This document shows, piece after piece, positions 30,956-40,087 of a stretch of 64,000 nucleotides of DNA. The position numbers and the translations under genes were made by a program. This stretch comes from Thermoanaerobaculia bacterium (GTDB lineage Bacteria; Acidobacteriota; Thermoanaerobaculia; Multivoradales; JAHEKO01). The first letter of the stretch is position 1. Each line of letters begins with the position of its first letter. The stretch lies in contig JBFGNS010000001.1 of NCBI GenBank assembly GCA_041574955.1, positions 28,740 through 92,739 of the forward strand, written 5' to 3'. The notes beneath the pieces were generated by a model. It did no database searches, was not told the DNA's origin, and worked only from the letters and a program-made list of their open reading frames with translations.

Positions 30956-32518
30956 ATGACCGAGCCATCTGCAGAAAGCGCCGAGCCACGGACCGCAAGC
31001 GAGGTCGCGGTGGCGCTGCGCGGCATCACCAAGCGGTTCCCCGGGGTGATCGCCAACGACAGCGTAGACCTCGAGCTGCGGCGCGGCGAGATCCACACGC
31101 TGCTGGGTGAGAACGGCGCCGGCAAGAGCACGCTGATGAACGTGCTGACCGGCATCTACCGCCCCGAGGCCGGCACCATCGAGGTATGGGGCGAGCCGGT
31201 GCAGCTGAGATCCCCCAAGGACGCGATCGACCTGGGGATCGGCATGGTGCACCAGAGCTTCAAGCTGGTGGCGACCCACACCGTGACCGAGAACATCATT
31301 CTCGGGCTCGGGCGGGGCCTCGCGCCGGTCGATCTCGACAAGGCGGAGAAGAGGGTCGGCGAGCTGTCCCGGCGCTACGGGCTCGAGGTCGACCCGGCGG
31401 CGAGCGTCTGGCAGCTGTCGATCGGCGAGCAGCAGCGGGTCGAGATTCTCAAGATCCTCTACCGCGGAGCCCGCATCCTGCTGCTCGACGAGCCGACGGC
31501 GGTGCTCACGCCGCAGGAGGCCGACGAGCTGTTCGTCACCCTGCGGGCGATGCGCGAGAAGGGCCACTCGATCGTCTTTATCTCCCACAAGCTGGACGAG
31601 GTGATGGCCATCTCGGACCGCGTGACGGTGCTGCGCGGCGGCAGGAACGTGGGCACGGTAGAGGCCGCGGGTACCAGCCCGCAGCAGCTGTCAAACCTCA
31701 TGGTGGGCCGCGAGATCCGCTTCACCAGGTTCCCGCGGCGCGACGAGCTGGGGGAGCTGGTGCTCGAGGTCGAGGGAGTCAGCGCCACCAACAGCCGCGG
31801 CCTGCCGGCGCTCACCGACGTCAGCTTCACTGTCAAGGCGGGCGAGATCCTGGGCTTCGCCGGCGTCGCCGGCAACGGCCAGGAGGAGCTGGCGCAGGTC
31901 GTCACCGGCCTGATCCAACCCGACCGCGGGGCGGTGCGGGTGAACCAGCGGCCGATGCAGGGGGCCAGCGCTCGCAAGTTCATCGACGCGGGAGTCAGCT
32001 ACGTGCCGGCCGACCGCCACGGGGTCGCCACGGTCGGCGACATGTCGCTGAGCAACAACAGCGTGCTGCGCCGCTACCGGGAGGCCGAGTTCGGCAGCGG
32101 CCCGTTCCTCAACTTCACCGCCGCCACGATCTACGCGCGCGAGCTCATCAAGCAGTACGACATCAAGACGCCCGGCGCGCGCACCCCGGTCCGTCAGCTG
32201 TCCGGCGGCAACCTGCAGAAGGTGATCCTGGCGCGCGAGATGACCACCCGCCACCGGCTGCTGGTGGTGATGTCGGCGACCCGCGGGCTGGACGTCGGCG
32301 CCACCGAGTTCGTGCGGCAGGCGCTCAACGAGCACCGTCACCAGGGCGGCGCCATCGTGCTCATCTCGGAGGACCTGGAGGAGCTGCTGAGCCTGTCAGA
32401 CCGCATCGCGGTGCTGTTCCACGGCCGGATCATGGGCATCGTGGACGCCGCCGACGCGGAGATCGAGACCCTGGGGCTGATGATGGCGGGCCGCCCGCTG
32501 TCCGAGGTGGGCGCCTGA
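30956..32518 (+). CDS. ABC transporter ATP-binding protein, duplicated ATPase domains (sugar/nucleoside type)
   Basis: GENGAGKST Walker A, LLLDEPT Walker B, second half repeats; 520 aa. Confidence 0.8.
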   Translation: MTEPSAESAEPRTASEVAVALRGITKRFPGVIANDSVDLELRRGEIHTLLGENGAGKSTLMNVLTGIYRPEAGTIEVWGEPVQLRSPKDAIDLGIGMVHQSFKLVATHTVTENIILGLGRGLAPVDLDKAEKRVGELSRRYGLEVDPAASVWQLSIGEQQRVEILKILYRGARILLLDEPTAVLTPQEADELFVTLRAMREKGHSIVFISHKLDEVMAISDRVTVLRGGRNVGTVEAAGTSPQQLSNLMVGREIRFTRFPRRDELGELVLEVEGVSATNSRGLPALTDVSFTVKAGEILGFAGVAGNGQEELAQVVTGLIQPDRGAVRVNQRPMQGASARKFIDAGVSYVPADRHGVATVGDMSLSNNSVLRRYREAEFGSGPFLNFTAATIYARELIKQYDIKTPGARTPVRQLSGGNLQKVILAREMTTRHRLLVVMSATRGLDVGATEFVRQALNEHRHQGGAIVLISEDLEELLSLSDRIAVLFHGRIMGIVDAADAEIETLGLMMAGRPLSEVGA

Positions 32519-33603
32519 TGGCGGCGCGCCTCGAGCTGCGGCTCAACCCGTCGCGCAAGCTCGAGTACCTGGTGCCGGTGTTCTCGGTGCTGCTGTCGCT
32601 GGTGGTCTGTGCCGGGCTGCTGCTGGCCACCGGCACCAATCCGCTGGTCGCCTACGGCGCCATGCTGCGCGAAGCGTTCGGCTCGTCGTACGGCTTCGCC
32701 GAGGTGCTGGTCAAGGCGACGCCGCTCATCCTGTGCGGGTTGGGGGTGATGCTGGCGTTCAAGATGCTGTTCTGGAACATCGGCGCCGAAGGCCAGCTCC
32801 ACATGGGCGCCTGGGGCGCCACCGCGGTGGTGATGACCGGCTGGCAGGGACCGGGCTGGTTGATGATCCCGGCCATGATGGTGGCGGCGATGGCCGCCGG
32901 CGCGCTATGGGCGCTGATCCCGGCGTATCTCAAGGTGCGGCTGAACACCAACGAGATCATCACCACTCTGCTGCTCAACTACGTCGCCATCCTGTGGGTG
33001 GCGCACTTCATCTACGGTCCGTGGAAGGATCCGGTGAGCTTCGGCTTTCCGATGACCCAGCAGTTCCCGCCCGGCGCCCAGCTGCCCAGGCTGGCAGACA
33101 GCCGCGTCCATCTCGGCTTCCTGGTGGCGCTGGCGCTGGTGGTGGTCGTCTACTTCGTGCAGGAGAAGAGCCGCTGGGGCTTCGAGATCGCGGTCACCGG
33201 AGGCAACCCGCGCGCCGCCGAGTACGCCGGCATGAACGCCGCGCGCAACGTGCTGGTGGTGATGGCGATCAGCGGCGGGCTGGCCGGGCTGGCCGGCATG
33301 GTGGAGGTGAGCGCCATCCAGCTCAAGCTGCTCAAGGACATCTCGCCCCACGCCGCGCCGTACGGCTACACGGCGATCATCATCGCCTGGCTGGCGCGCC
33401 GCAACCCTTGGGGGGTGCTGCTGGTGTCGATCCTGATGGGGGCGCTGTACGTCGGCGGCGAGACGGTGCAGATCACCATGAAGCTGCCGGTGAACATCGT
33501 CCTGATCATCCAGGCGCTGATCCTGTTCTTCGTCCTGGGAGGCGACATCCTGTCGCGTTACCGGCTGGTCTTCGACCGCCAGGAGGCTGTCGGTGGAGGG
33601 TGA
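32518..33603 (+). CDS. ABC transporter permease
   Basis: ATGA overlap with ATPase stop; multi-TM branched-chain/nucleoside permease-like. Confidence 0.7.
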   Translation: MAARLELRLNPSRKLEYLVPVFSVLLSLVVCAGLLLATGTNPLVAYGAMLREAFGSSYGFAEVLVKATPLILCGLGVMLAFKMLFWNIGAEGQLHMGAWGATAVVMTGWQGPGWLMIPAMMVAAMAAGALWALIPAYLKVRLNTNEIITTLLLNYVAILWVAHFIYGPWKDPVSFGFPMTQQFPPGAQLPRLADSRVHLGFLVALALVVVVYFVQEKSRWGFEIAVTGGNPRAAEYAGMNAARNVLVVMAISGGLAGLAGMVEVSAIQLKLLKDISPHAAPYGYTAIIIAWLARRNPWGVLLVSILMGALYVGGETVQITMKLPVNIVLIIQALILFFVLGGDILSRYRLVFDRQEAVGGG

Positions 33604-34531
33604 TCTCGGTGTCCTGATCGTGGCGATCCTGCAGGCGGCGGTGCGCTCGGGCACGCCGATCCTGTTCGTCTGTATCGGCGAGATCTTTGCCGAGCGGGCG
33701 GGAGTGCTCAACGTCGGCCTCGAGGGTCTGATGCTGGTCGGCGCCATCGCCGGCTTCACCGCCGGCTTTACCGCCGGCAACCCGGTGGTCGGGGTGCTGG
33801 TGGCCGCCGTGGCCGGCGCCGTGTTCTCGTTGATCCACGCCTTCGTCACCATCACCCTGCGCGCCGACCAGATCGTCAGCGGGCTCACCCTGACCATCCT
33901 GGGGACCGGTATCAGCGGCTTCTTCGGCAAGCCGATGATCGGCCAGGTCGGGCCCGGGTTCGACAAGCTGCCGGTGCCGGGGCTGTCGCAGATCCCGGTG
34001 CTGGGCCAGGTGCTGTTCGAGCAGGACGCCATGGTCTACCTGTCGTACCTGCTGGTGCCGGTCGCCTGGTGGGTGCTGTACAAGAGCCACCTGGGGCTGG
34101 CCATCCGCTCGGTGGGGGAGAGCCCGGCCACCGCCGACTCGCTGGGCGTGCCGGTGGTGCGCATCCGCTACGGCTGCGTGCTGTTCGGCGGCGCCATGGC
34201 CGGCATCGGTGGCGCCTACCTGTCGCTGGCCTACACCACGATGTGGATCGAGCAGATGAGCGGCGGGCGCGGCTGGATCACGCTGGCGCTGGTCATCTTC
34301 GCCGGCTGGGACCCTGCCAAGGCCATTCTGGGCGCCTACCTGTTCGGCGGCGCCGACGCCCTGCAGCTACGCATCCAGGCGGTCGGGCTGGGCATCCCGA
34401 CCTACTTCCTGATGATGCTGCCGTACGTTCTGACGATCGTCATCCTGGTGCTGGCTTCGCGCGCCACGCTGCGCCAGCGGCTCGGCGCCCCCGCGGCGCT
34501 CGGGCTGCCCTGGGCGAGAGAGGAGCGTTAG
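33593..34531 (+). CDS. ABC transporter permease (second subunit)
   Basis: GTG start overlapping previous gene; multi-TM. Confidence 0.65.
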   Translation: MEGDLGVLIVAILQAAVRSGTPILFVCIGEIFAERAGVLNVGLEGLMLVGAIAGFTAGFTAGNPVVGVLVAAVAGAVFSLIHAFVTITLRADQIVSGLTLTILGTGISGFFGKPMIGQVGPGFDKLPVPGLSQIPVLGQVLFEQDAMVYLSYLLVPVAWWVLYKSHLGLAIRSVGESPATADSLGVPVVRIRYGCVLFGGAMAGIGGAYLSLAYTTMWIEQMSGGRGWITLALVIFAGWDPAKAILGAYLFGGADALQLRIQAVGLGIPTYFLMMLPYVLTIVILVLASRATLRQRLGAPAALGLPWAREER

Positions 34532-34582
34532 CGCGGCCAGGCCGCCCGCAACACCCCACAACTTCAACGGGAGACCCCACAG

Positions 34583-35383
34583 ATGAAACGACCCGCGAAC
34601 CGATCGAGCCTTCTGATCACCCTGCTGTTGGCGTTGGTGTGGGCGGGCGCGCTGCCCGCCGGCGCCGCCATCTGGAGCAACACCGAGCTGCACATCCAGG
34701 TGGGCACGCTCGACACGCCCCAGTTCCTGGTCGACCTGTTCGGCGATCTGCCCGACAAGAGCACCACGATCTTCACCCTGCAGCACGCCAGCGGCTGGAA
34801 GTACGGCGACAACTTCTTCTTCTTCGACGTCATCTCGGCCGAGGGCGGCGGTTTCAACGACTACGACACCTACGGCGAGTGGTACTCCTACTTCAGCTTC
34901 CGCAAGATGGCGGGCAAGGAGGAGATGAAGGGTGCGCTCAAGGACGTGCGCTTCATTGCCGGCTTCAACTGGGCGCCGGACGCCGACGTGCGCAAGTACC
35001 TGCCAGGCATCGGGCTGTCCTGGAACGCGCCGGGCTTCGCTTTCCTCAACACCGACTTCACCCTGTACATCGACGACAGCGTGGGCGTCGCCGGCGGCGG
35101 CTCGGCGCCGAGCGAGGACGACTCGTTCATGATCGACGTCAACTGGGCGCGGCCGTTCGGCGGCGGCAAGTGGTCCATCGAGGGCCATGCCGAGTACATC
35201 GGCTCGCGCACCGACGAGTTCGGCGGCAACGTCTCGTCCTGGATCCTGGCCCAGCCGCAGCTGCGCTATTACGTCAACCCCAGCGTCGCGATCGGCATCG
35301 AGTACCAGTACTGGCAGAACAAGCTGGGAGACGATCGCACCGACGAGAGCGCCGTACAGGCGTTGTTGGTGTGGAAGTTCTAG
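34583..35383 (+). CDS. outer-membrane beta-barrel, Tsx-like nucleoside channel
   Basis: Signal peptide, aromatic-rich beta-strand pattern, C-terminal ...WKF; loose resemblance to Tsx (WKYGDNFFFFDV vs KDWFDFYGYADA). Confidence 0.45.
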   Translation: MKRPANRSSLLITLLLALVWAGALPAGAAIWSNTELHIQVGTLDTPQFLVDLFGDLPDKSTTIFTLQHASGWKYGDNFFFFDVISAEGGGFNDYDTYGEWYSYFSFRKMAGKEEMKGALKDVRFIAGFNWAPDADVRKYLPGIGLSWNAPGFAFLNTDFTLYIDDSVGVAGGGSAPSEDDSFMIDVNWARPFGGGKWSIEGHAEYIGSRTDEFGGNVSSWILAQPQLRYYVNPSVAIGIEYQYWQNKLGDDRTDESAVQALLVWKF

Positions 35384-35442
35384 TGGCTTGAGGGCTCGAG
35401 GGCTTGGGCCTGGGGGCTTGAGCGGGCTCAGTCTGTCCCCCG

Positions 35443-35560
35443 GGGTGGAGGATGACGAGGCGACGGCCGGCGGTCACCGTCTCGAGCCGCTGCCGGCGCT
35501 CGTCCGGCCAGCTCAGCTCGAGCGTGGCGCTGGAGCTTGTGCCGAGGCCGAGCGCGGCCG
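35443..35560 (-). pseudogene. remnant C-terminal fragment of a CRTAC1/ASPIC-UnbV paralog
   Basis: About 100-bp near-identical direct repeat of 36911-37030; encodes LGLGTSSSATLELSWPDERRQRLETVTAGRRLVILHP matching the C-terminus of the intact downstream gene. Confidence 0.6.
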
Positions 35561-35565
35561 CCGGG

Positions 35566-36738
35566 CTACCGGCCGGGCGGCGAGCGGTAGTAGCCGCGAG
35601 GGTGGACGACGGTCGGCTGTTGCGCGGTGCCGTTGATCCGGATGTCGAGCCGGCGGTAACCGCTGCGTCGCGGCTTGCGCGGCTCGAAGGTCACCAGGTA
35701 GCTGACGGCGGTTCGCCGTAGCGCCTCCGCGACCGCTGCGGTGAGCTCGGCGGCCGTGTCGGCGAAGCTGCCGCGAGTGCGTGCGGCCAGCAGCCGCAGC
35801 CCCTCCGGTCCCTGCCCCCTTGGGGGGGTGTCCGCGAGGTCGATGACGTGGATCGCGCGCCCGGTTCGCCGGTACTCGTCGAGGGTGTGGAACAGGGCGT
35901 TCTCGACCATGCCGCCGCCGAAGCGAGCCGTACTGTTGACGCGCCACGGCTCGCCCACCGCGGCGGCCTCGGCGGCGTCGCTGAGATAGGCCCAGTCGCG
36001 GGCTCGGGTCGCCGGGTTGCCGAGAATGGCCGAGCTGTCGAAGCCGCGCGAGAAGAGCACGACGGCCGTGTGCCCGGAGACGGCATGCGACAGCTCGACC
36101 AGCCTCGCCAGTGCGCGGATCAGGGCGTGGATCTCGGCCTGGCGCTGCTGCACGATGCCGAGATCGGTTTCGCGGCCGCTGTCGGCCGCCGCCAGCGCGC
36201 TGTCGGCGGTGACCAGGGGCCCGGCACCGGCCGCTGCCCGCGCGGGAGGATCGTCGGCGGACGCGGCGCCCAGCTCGGTCACTGCGTCGAGCACCGCCCG
36301 CCGATCGGTGGTGGGAGCCACCCGCAGCTCGACCTCGCCGGCCCCTCGATGGACCGCCAGCGCGACCGAGTCGGCGGGCAGGACTGCATGCGACAGCAGC
36401 TCACGGGCGGCGGCCGAGCCCTCGGCCAGCGCCGCCTCAGTCAGCGCCGGCAGATCGTACAGCAGCAGCAGATGGCGGCGATCTCGCGGCGCCAGCTCGG
36501 GCGGTGCGGCGCCGGGCGATACGAGATCGATCTCACGGATGGCGACGACGGGCACCTTCCTACCCTCCTCGCGAACGGTGAAGCTCGGTGCACTGAGCCC
36601 GCGAACGGGTGAACCGCCGTGGAGCACCTGGACCTGGACGGTCGCCGACGGCCGCTGCGCCGCCGCCGGCCAGGCGGCCAGAGGGGCGGTTGCCACGACC
36701 GTCAGCAGACTGGCGAGAAGCCGCTCAAACCTGGGCAT
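35566..36738 (-). CDS. secreted hypothetical protein, VWA-related (Acidobacterial-type) domain suspected
   Basis: Signal peptide MPRFERLLASLLTVVATAPLAA; C-terminal ...RINGTAQQPTVVHPRGYYRSPPGR pattern. Confidence 0.4.
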   Translation of the reverse strand: MPRFERLLASLLTVVATAPLAAWPAAAQRPSATVQVQVLHGGSPVRGLSAPSFTVREEGRKVPVVAIREIDLVSPGAAPPELAPRDRRHLLLLYDLPALTEAALAEGSAAARELLSHAVLPADSVALAVHRGAGEVELRVAPTTDRRAVLDAVTELGAASADDPPARAAAGAGPLVTADSALAAADSGRETDLGIVQQRQAEIHALIRALARLVELSHAVSGHTAVVLFSRGFDSSAILGNPATRARDWAYLSDAAEAAAVGEPWRVNSTARFGGGMVENALFHTLDEYRRTGRAIHVIDLADTPPRGQGPEGLRLLAARTRGSFADTAAELTAAVAEALRRTAVSYLVTFEPRKPRRSGYRRLDIRINGTAQQPTVVHPRGYYRSPPGR

Positions 36739-36904
36739 GACGAGCTCCTTTCCCGGGGAGGGCCCGGTTCATCGGTGCGAAGTCCGTGCCACCGAGGGTG
36801 GAGCCGGTGGCTGTCGCCGCAACGGCCAGATCGTCGCCGCTTCCCCCGCGGTGTCCCCCGGTGGGTACACCGCCGTGTCCCGAGGGGCTGGGTCGGCGAG
36901 GTTC

Positions 36905-39322
36905 TCAAGGGTGGGCGGGGTGGCGGATCCTGAGGCGACGGTCGGCGGTCACCGTCTCGAGCCGCTGCCGGCGCCCGTCCGGCCAGCGCAGCTCGAGCGT
37001 GGCGCTGGAGCTTGCGCCGAGGCCGAGCTCGACCGCCGGCGTGCTCATGGAGAGATACCCTTCGCCGCCGGTGACCTGGCGCCAGATCGGTGCCGCGCGG
37101 CCGGGCAGCCGGGTCAGCACCACGGCGCCGAAGGCGTCGCGCCCCCCGGCCGAGGTCGTTGCGCCGAGCAGCTCGACGGCCAGCCAGTGGCGGCCGGCCG
37201 GGAGCTCGTTGCGGAACAGCCGAGCCGGGCCGTGGAACGCGCTCACCGCCAGGTCGACGTCGCCGTCGAGATCGAAGTCGGCCAGCGCCAGGCCGCGCGA
37301 GTTGGCCTCGGCCATCTCGGCGCCGCTCGCCACCGGCCGCGTCGGCAGGCCGCCGTCGCTGACCAGCAGCCGGTTGGCGTCGCGGCCGTTGTTCACCGCG
37401 TAGCGCCGTCCCGGTTGCTCGGGGTGCGCCCGGTACTGGAAGGTGGTCCAGTAGTCGGTGAAGCCGTTGACCAGGAACAGGTCGTCGTCGGCGTCGTGGT
37501 CGAAGTCGAGGAACAGCGCCGCCCACGACCAGCCGGTGTCGATCGCCGCCAGCGCCGGATCGTCGGCTGTGGTGAAGCGCGGCCGCGCCGGCCCGTCGCG
37601 CGACAGCAGCAGGCTGTTGGTCTCCACCAGCTCGAGACGGCGCGGTTCGAGCGACCAGATGTTGGTGATGAAGATGTCGGGCAGCAGGTCGGCGTTGAGA
37701 TCGGCGAAGGCGACGTTCATGCCGTGGTTCGGGTCGGCGGCGCCGCTGTCCTCGGGAGCCGGCTCGAAGCTGCCGTCGCCGCGGTTGAGCAGCAGCTCGT
37801 TGCGGCCGAAGTCGTTGGCGACATAGACGTCCTGATCGCCGTCAAGGTCGACGTCGGTGTGCGACACGGCCTGCGCCCAGCCGGTGCTGCCGACGCCGGC
37901 CGCGGCGCTGACGTCTTCGAACCGCAGACCGCCCAGGTTGCGGAAGTAGCGGTCGGGCTGGCCGTTGCGGTTGTCTCCGGGCCGGAACGGGCTCTCGCCG
38001 GCCAGGTAGTTGCCGAAGTAGCCGACGTACAGGTCGAGCAGGCCGTCGCCGTCGCCGTCGAAGGCGGTCGCCGGGCCGCTGATGCCCGCTGCCGCGTCGA
38101 GGCCGGCCCCGGCCGTGGCGTCGGCGAAGCTGCCGTCGGGCAGGCCGCGGTACAGCCGGTCGGGGTCGCGAGCGCAGCCGGTGTACAGGTCCCGCCAGCC
38201 GTCGTTGTCGAAGTCGGCGATCAGCGGCGTGCGCGCCTCGCACGGGGCGCCGATGCCGAGCCGCTCGGTGACGTCGGTGAAGCGCATGCCGCCGAGGTTG
38301 CGGAACGCCCGGCAGCCCTGGCCGCCGCACACCACCAGGTCGGGCCAGCCGTCGCCGTCGAGGTCGCCGGCTGCCAGCCCGCCGCCGCTGAAGCTGGGCG
38401 CCAGGGGGCCGAACCTGCGCCAGCGCGCGAGCCAGTCGCTCGATACGTGCCGGAACTCGACACCGCTCGCCGCCGTGACGTCGGTGAACGGCGGGTCGAC
38501 CGCCGGCGGTGCCTGCCGGTCGGGAGCCATGGCGGGCTGCTGCAGCCGCTGCGCGGCGGTCTGCACGTGGACCGCGCGCACCGCCTCGGCCCGCTCCCGG
38601 CGCGCCAGCTCGCCGGCGCGCCGCAGCAGCAGCAGCCCGATCGCCGCCGCCTCGCCGGCCAGCCGCTCAGCCGCCTGCGGACCGAGCGCCGGCAGCGTCG
38701 CCGGGCCCGTCTGCGCGGCCAGCGACAGGACGACCTGCCAGCCGAAGCCGGTGGCGGCGAACGCCTCGAGGTCCCAGCGCTCGATCACCGTCCCACCGTC
38801 CTGCCGGTCCGGCAGGAAGACCGTCTCGTCCCACGGCGTGGGACGGCGGGGGAGGGTCAGCGCGGCGGCCGTCGCGACGGCCTCGGCCGAGAGCGGTGCC
38901 GCATCGTCACCGCCGGGGGGCTGGGCTCGCACCGCGGCCTGCACCACCGCCACCAGGTAGCGCCGGGCGAGCTCCTCGCACACTCCCAGCAGGGCCGACA
39001 GCTCCTCGGCCTCGGCCGCCACCGGGTAGGCCACGAAGTAACGCGCCAGGTTGCGCAGCAGGACGTCGAGCGGCGTCAAGCCCTCGATCCGCTGGTTGCC
39101 GAGCTCCTCCAGGCGGTCGGCGGCGGTAGCGGCGAGGTCTGCCTGGGCGCCTGCCGCTGCGCCGCTGGCCGGCAGCGCGATCCCGACCGTCGCGAGTGCC
39201 GCGCACCAGAGCCCGAGCCGCCGCCGGTGCCGGATCACGGCCGGCAGGATATCAGCGGCGTTCCGGGTCCCGGCGGTCGTCGCCCCACCCCCTGCGGTCC
39301 GGGGTGGCGGACGGCGCGTCAC
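36905..39322 (-). CDS. FG-GAP/VCBS repeat protein with C-terminal ASPIC/UnbV domain (CRTAC1 family)
   Basis: DLDGDGWPDL, FDNDGWRDL, DFDLDGDVDL repeats; C-terminal LELRWPDGRRQRLETVTADRRLRI. Confidence 0.75.
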   Translation of the reverse strand: MTRRPPPRTAGGGATTAGTRNAADILPAVIRHRRRLGLWCAALATVGIALPASGAAAGAQADLAATAADRLEELGNQRIEGLTPLDVLLRNLARYFVAYPVAAEAEELSALLGVCEELARRYLVAVVQAAVRAQPPGGDDAAPLSAEAVATAAALTLPRRPTPWDETVFLPDRQDGGTVIERWDLEAFAATGFGWQVVLSLAAQTGPATLPALGPQAAERLAGEAAAIGLLLLRRAGELARRERAEAVRAVHVQTAAQRLQQPAMAPDRQAPPAVDPPFTDVTAASGVEFRHVSSDWLARWRRFGPLAPSFSGGGLAAGDLDGDGWPDLVVCGGQGCRAFRNLGGMRFTDVTERLGIGAPCEARTPLIADFDNDGWRDLYTGCARDPDRLYRGLPDGSFADATAGAGLDAAAGISGPATAFDGDGDGLLDLYVGYFGNYLAGESPFRPGDNRNGQPDRYFRNLGGLRFEDVSAAAGVGSTGWAQAVSHTDVDLDGDQDVYVANDFGRNELLLNRGDGSFEPAPEDSGAADPNHGMNVAFADLNADLLPDIFITNIWSLEPRRLELVETNSLLLSRDGPARPRFTTADDPALAAIDTGWSWAALFLDFDHDADDDLFLVNGFTDYWTTFQYRAHPEQPGRRYAVNNGRDANRLLVSDGGLPTRPVASGAEMAEANSRGLALADFDLDGDVDLAVSAFHGPARLFRNELPAGRHWLAVELLGATTSAGGRDAFGAVVLTRLPGRAAPIWRQVTGGEGYLSMSTPAVELGLGASSSATLELRWPDGRRQRLETVTADRRLRIRHPAHP

Positions 39323-39637
39323 CGGACCGTCCGCGCCGGGCTGCGGGCGGCGGGTGGGCGAGCCGCGCTCCTGCGGTCGGCGCCGGGCGGCGGCGCAGCC
39401 GCCAGCGCAGCGACCACGACACCTGGACCAGGTAGGCGCGCAGACCGCCGATCTGGCGTAGCGGACGGCGATCGGTGAACAGGCTCATGGCAGCTCGCTG
39501 GTCGGCCCGGGGCGCCGGCCGGCCCTGTCTGTCCTGTTGGATGCTGTGGCGGACGGCTTCCTTCGCGCTTCTTCGCGGCGGGCCGCGGCGAGCGCCGCGG
39601 GCTAGAATGCCGTGGCCCGCCGGAAGGTGTTCCCGCC

Positions 39638-40072
39638 GTGAAGAAGATCCTGTTCCTGTGCACCGGCAACTCGTGCCGCAGCCAGATGGCGGAGGGCTGG
39701 GCTCGGCACCTGCTCGACGGCGTGGAGGCCCACTCGGCCGGTACCGCGCCGGGGCGGATCGATCCGAGGGCGGTCGCGGTGATGGCCGAGGCCGGCGTCG
39801 ACATCTCGGGCCAGCGCTCGAAGGGGGTCGACGAGCTGGCGGAGGTGCCGTTCGACCTGGTGGTGACGGTGTGCGACGCTGCCAGCCAGAGCTGTCCGGT
39901 GTTCCCGGGCGCCACCCGCGTAGTGCACCACGGCTTCGACGATCCGCCACGGCTGGCGGCGGCGGCCGGCGACGTGGCGACGGCGCTGGCGGCCTACCGG
40001 CGGGTACGCGACGAGATCCGGACGATGGTGGCCGGGCTGCCGGCGCGCGAGCTGTCCGGGCACGGCGGCTGA
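39638..40072 (+). CDS. arsC: arsenate reductase, thioredoxin-coupled LMW-PTP type
   Basis: CTGNSCRSQMAEG P-loop plus VCDAASQSCP (Cys82/Cys89 equivalents); GTG start. Confidence 0.75.
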   Translation: MKKILFLCTGNSCRSQMAEGWARHLLDGVEAHSAGTAPGRIDPRAVAVMAEAGVDISGQRSKGVDELAEVPFDLVVTVCDAASQSCPVFPGATRVVHHGFDDPPRLAAAAGDVATALAAYRRVRDEIRTMVAGLPARELSGHGG

Positions 40073-40087
40073 GCGACCGGCCGCGGT

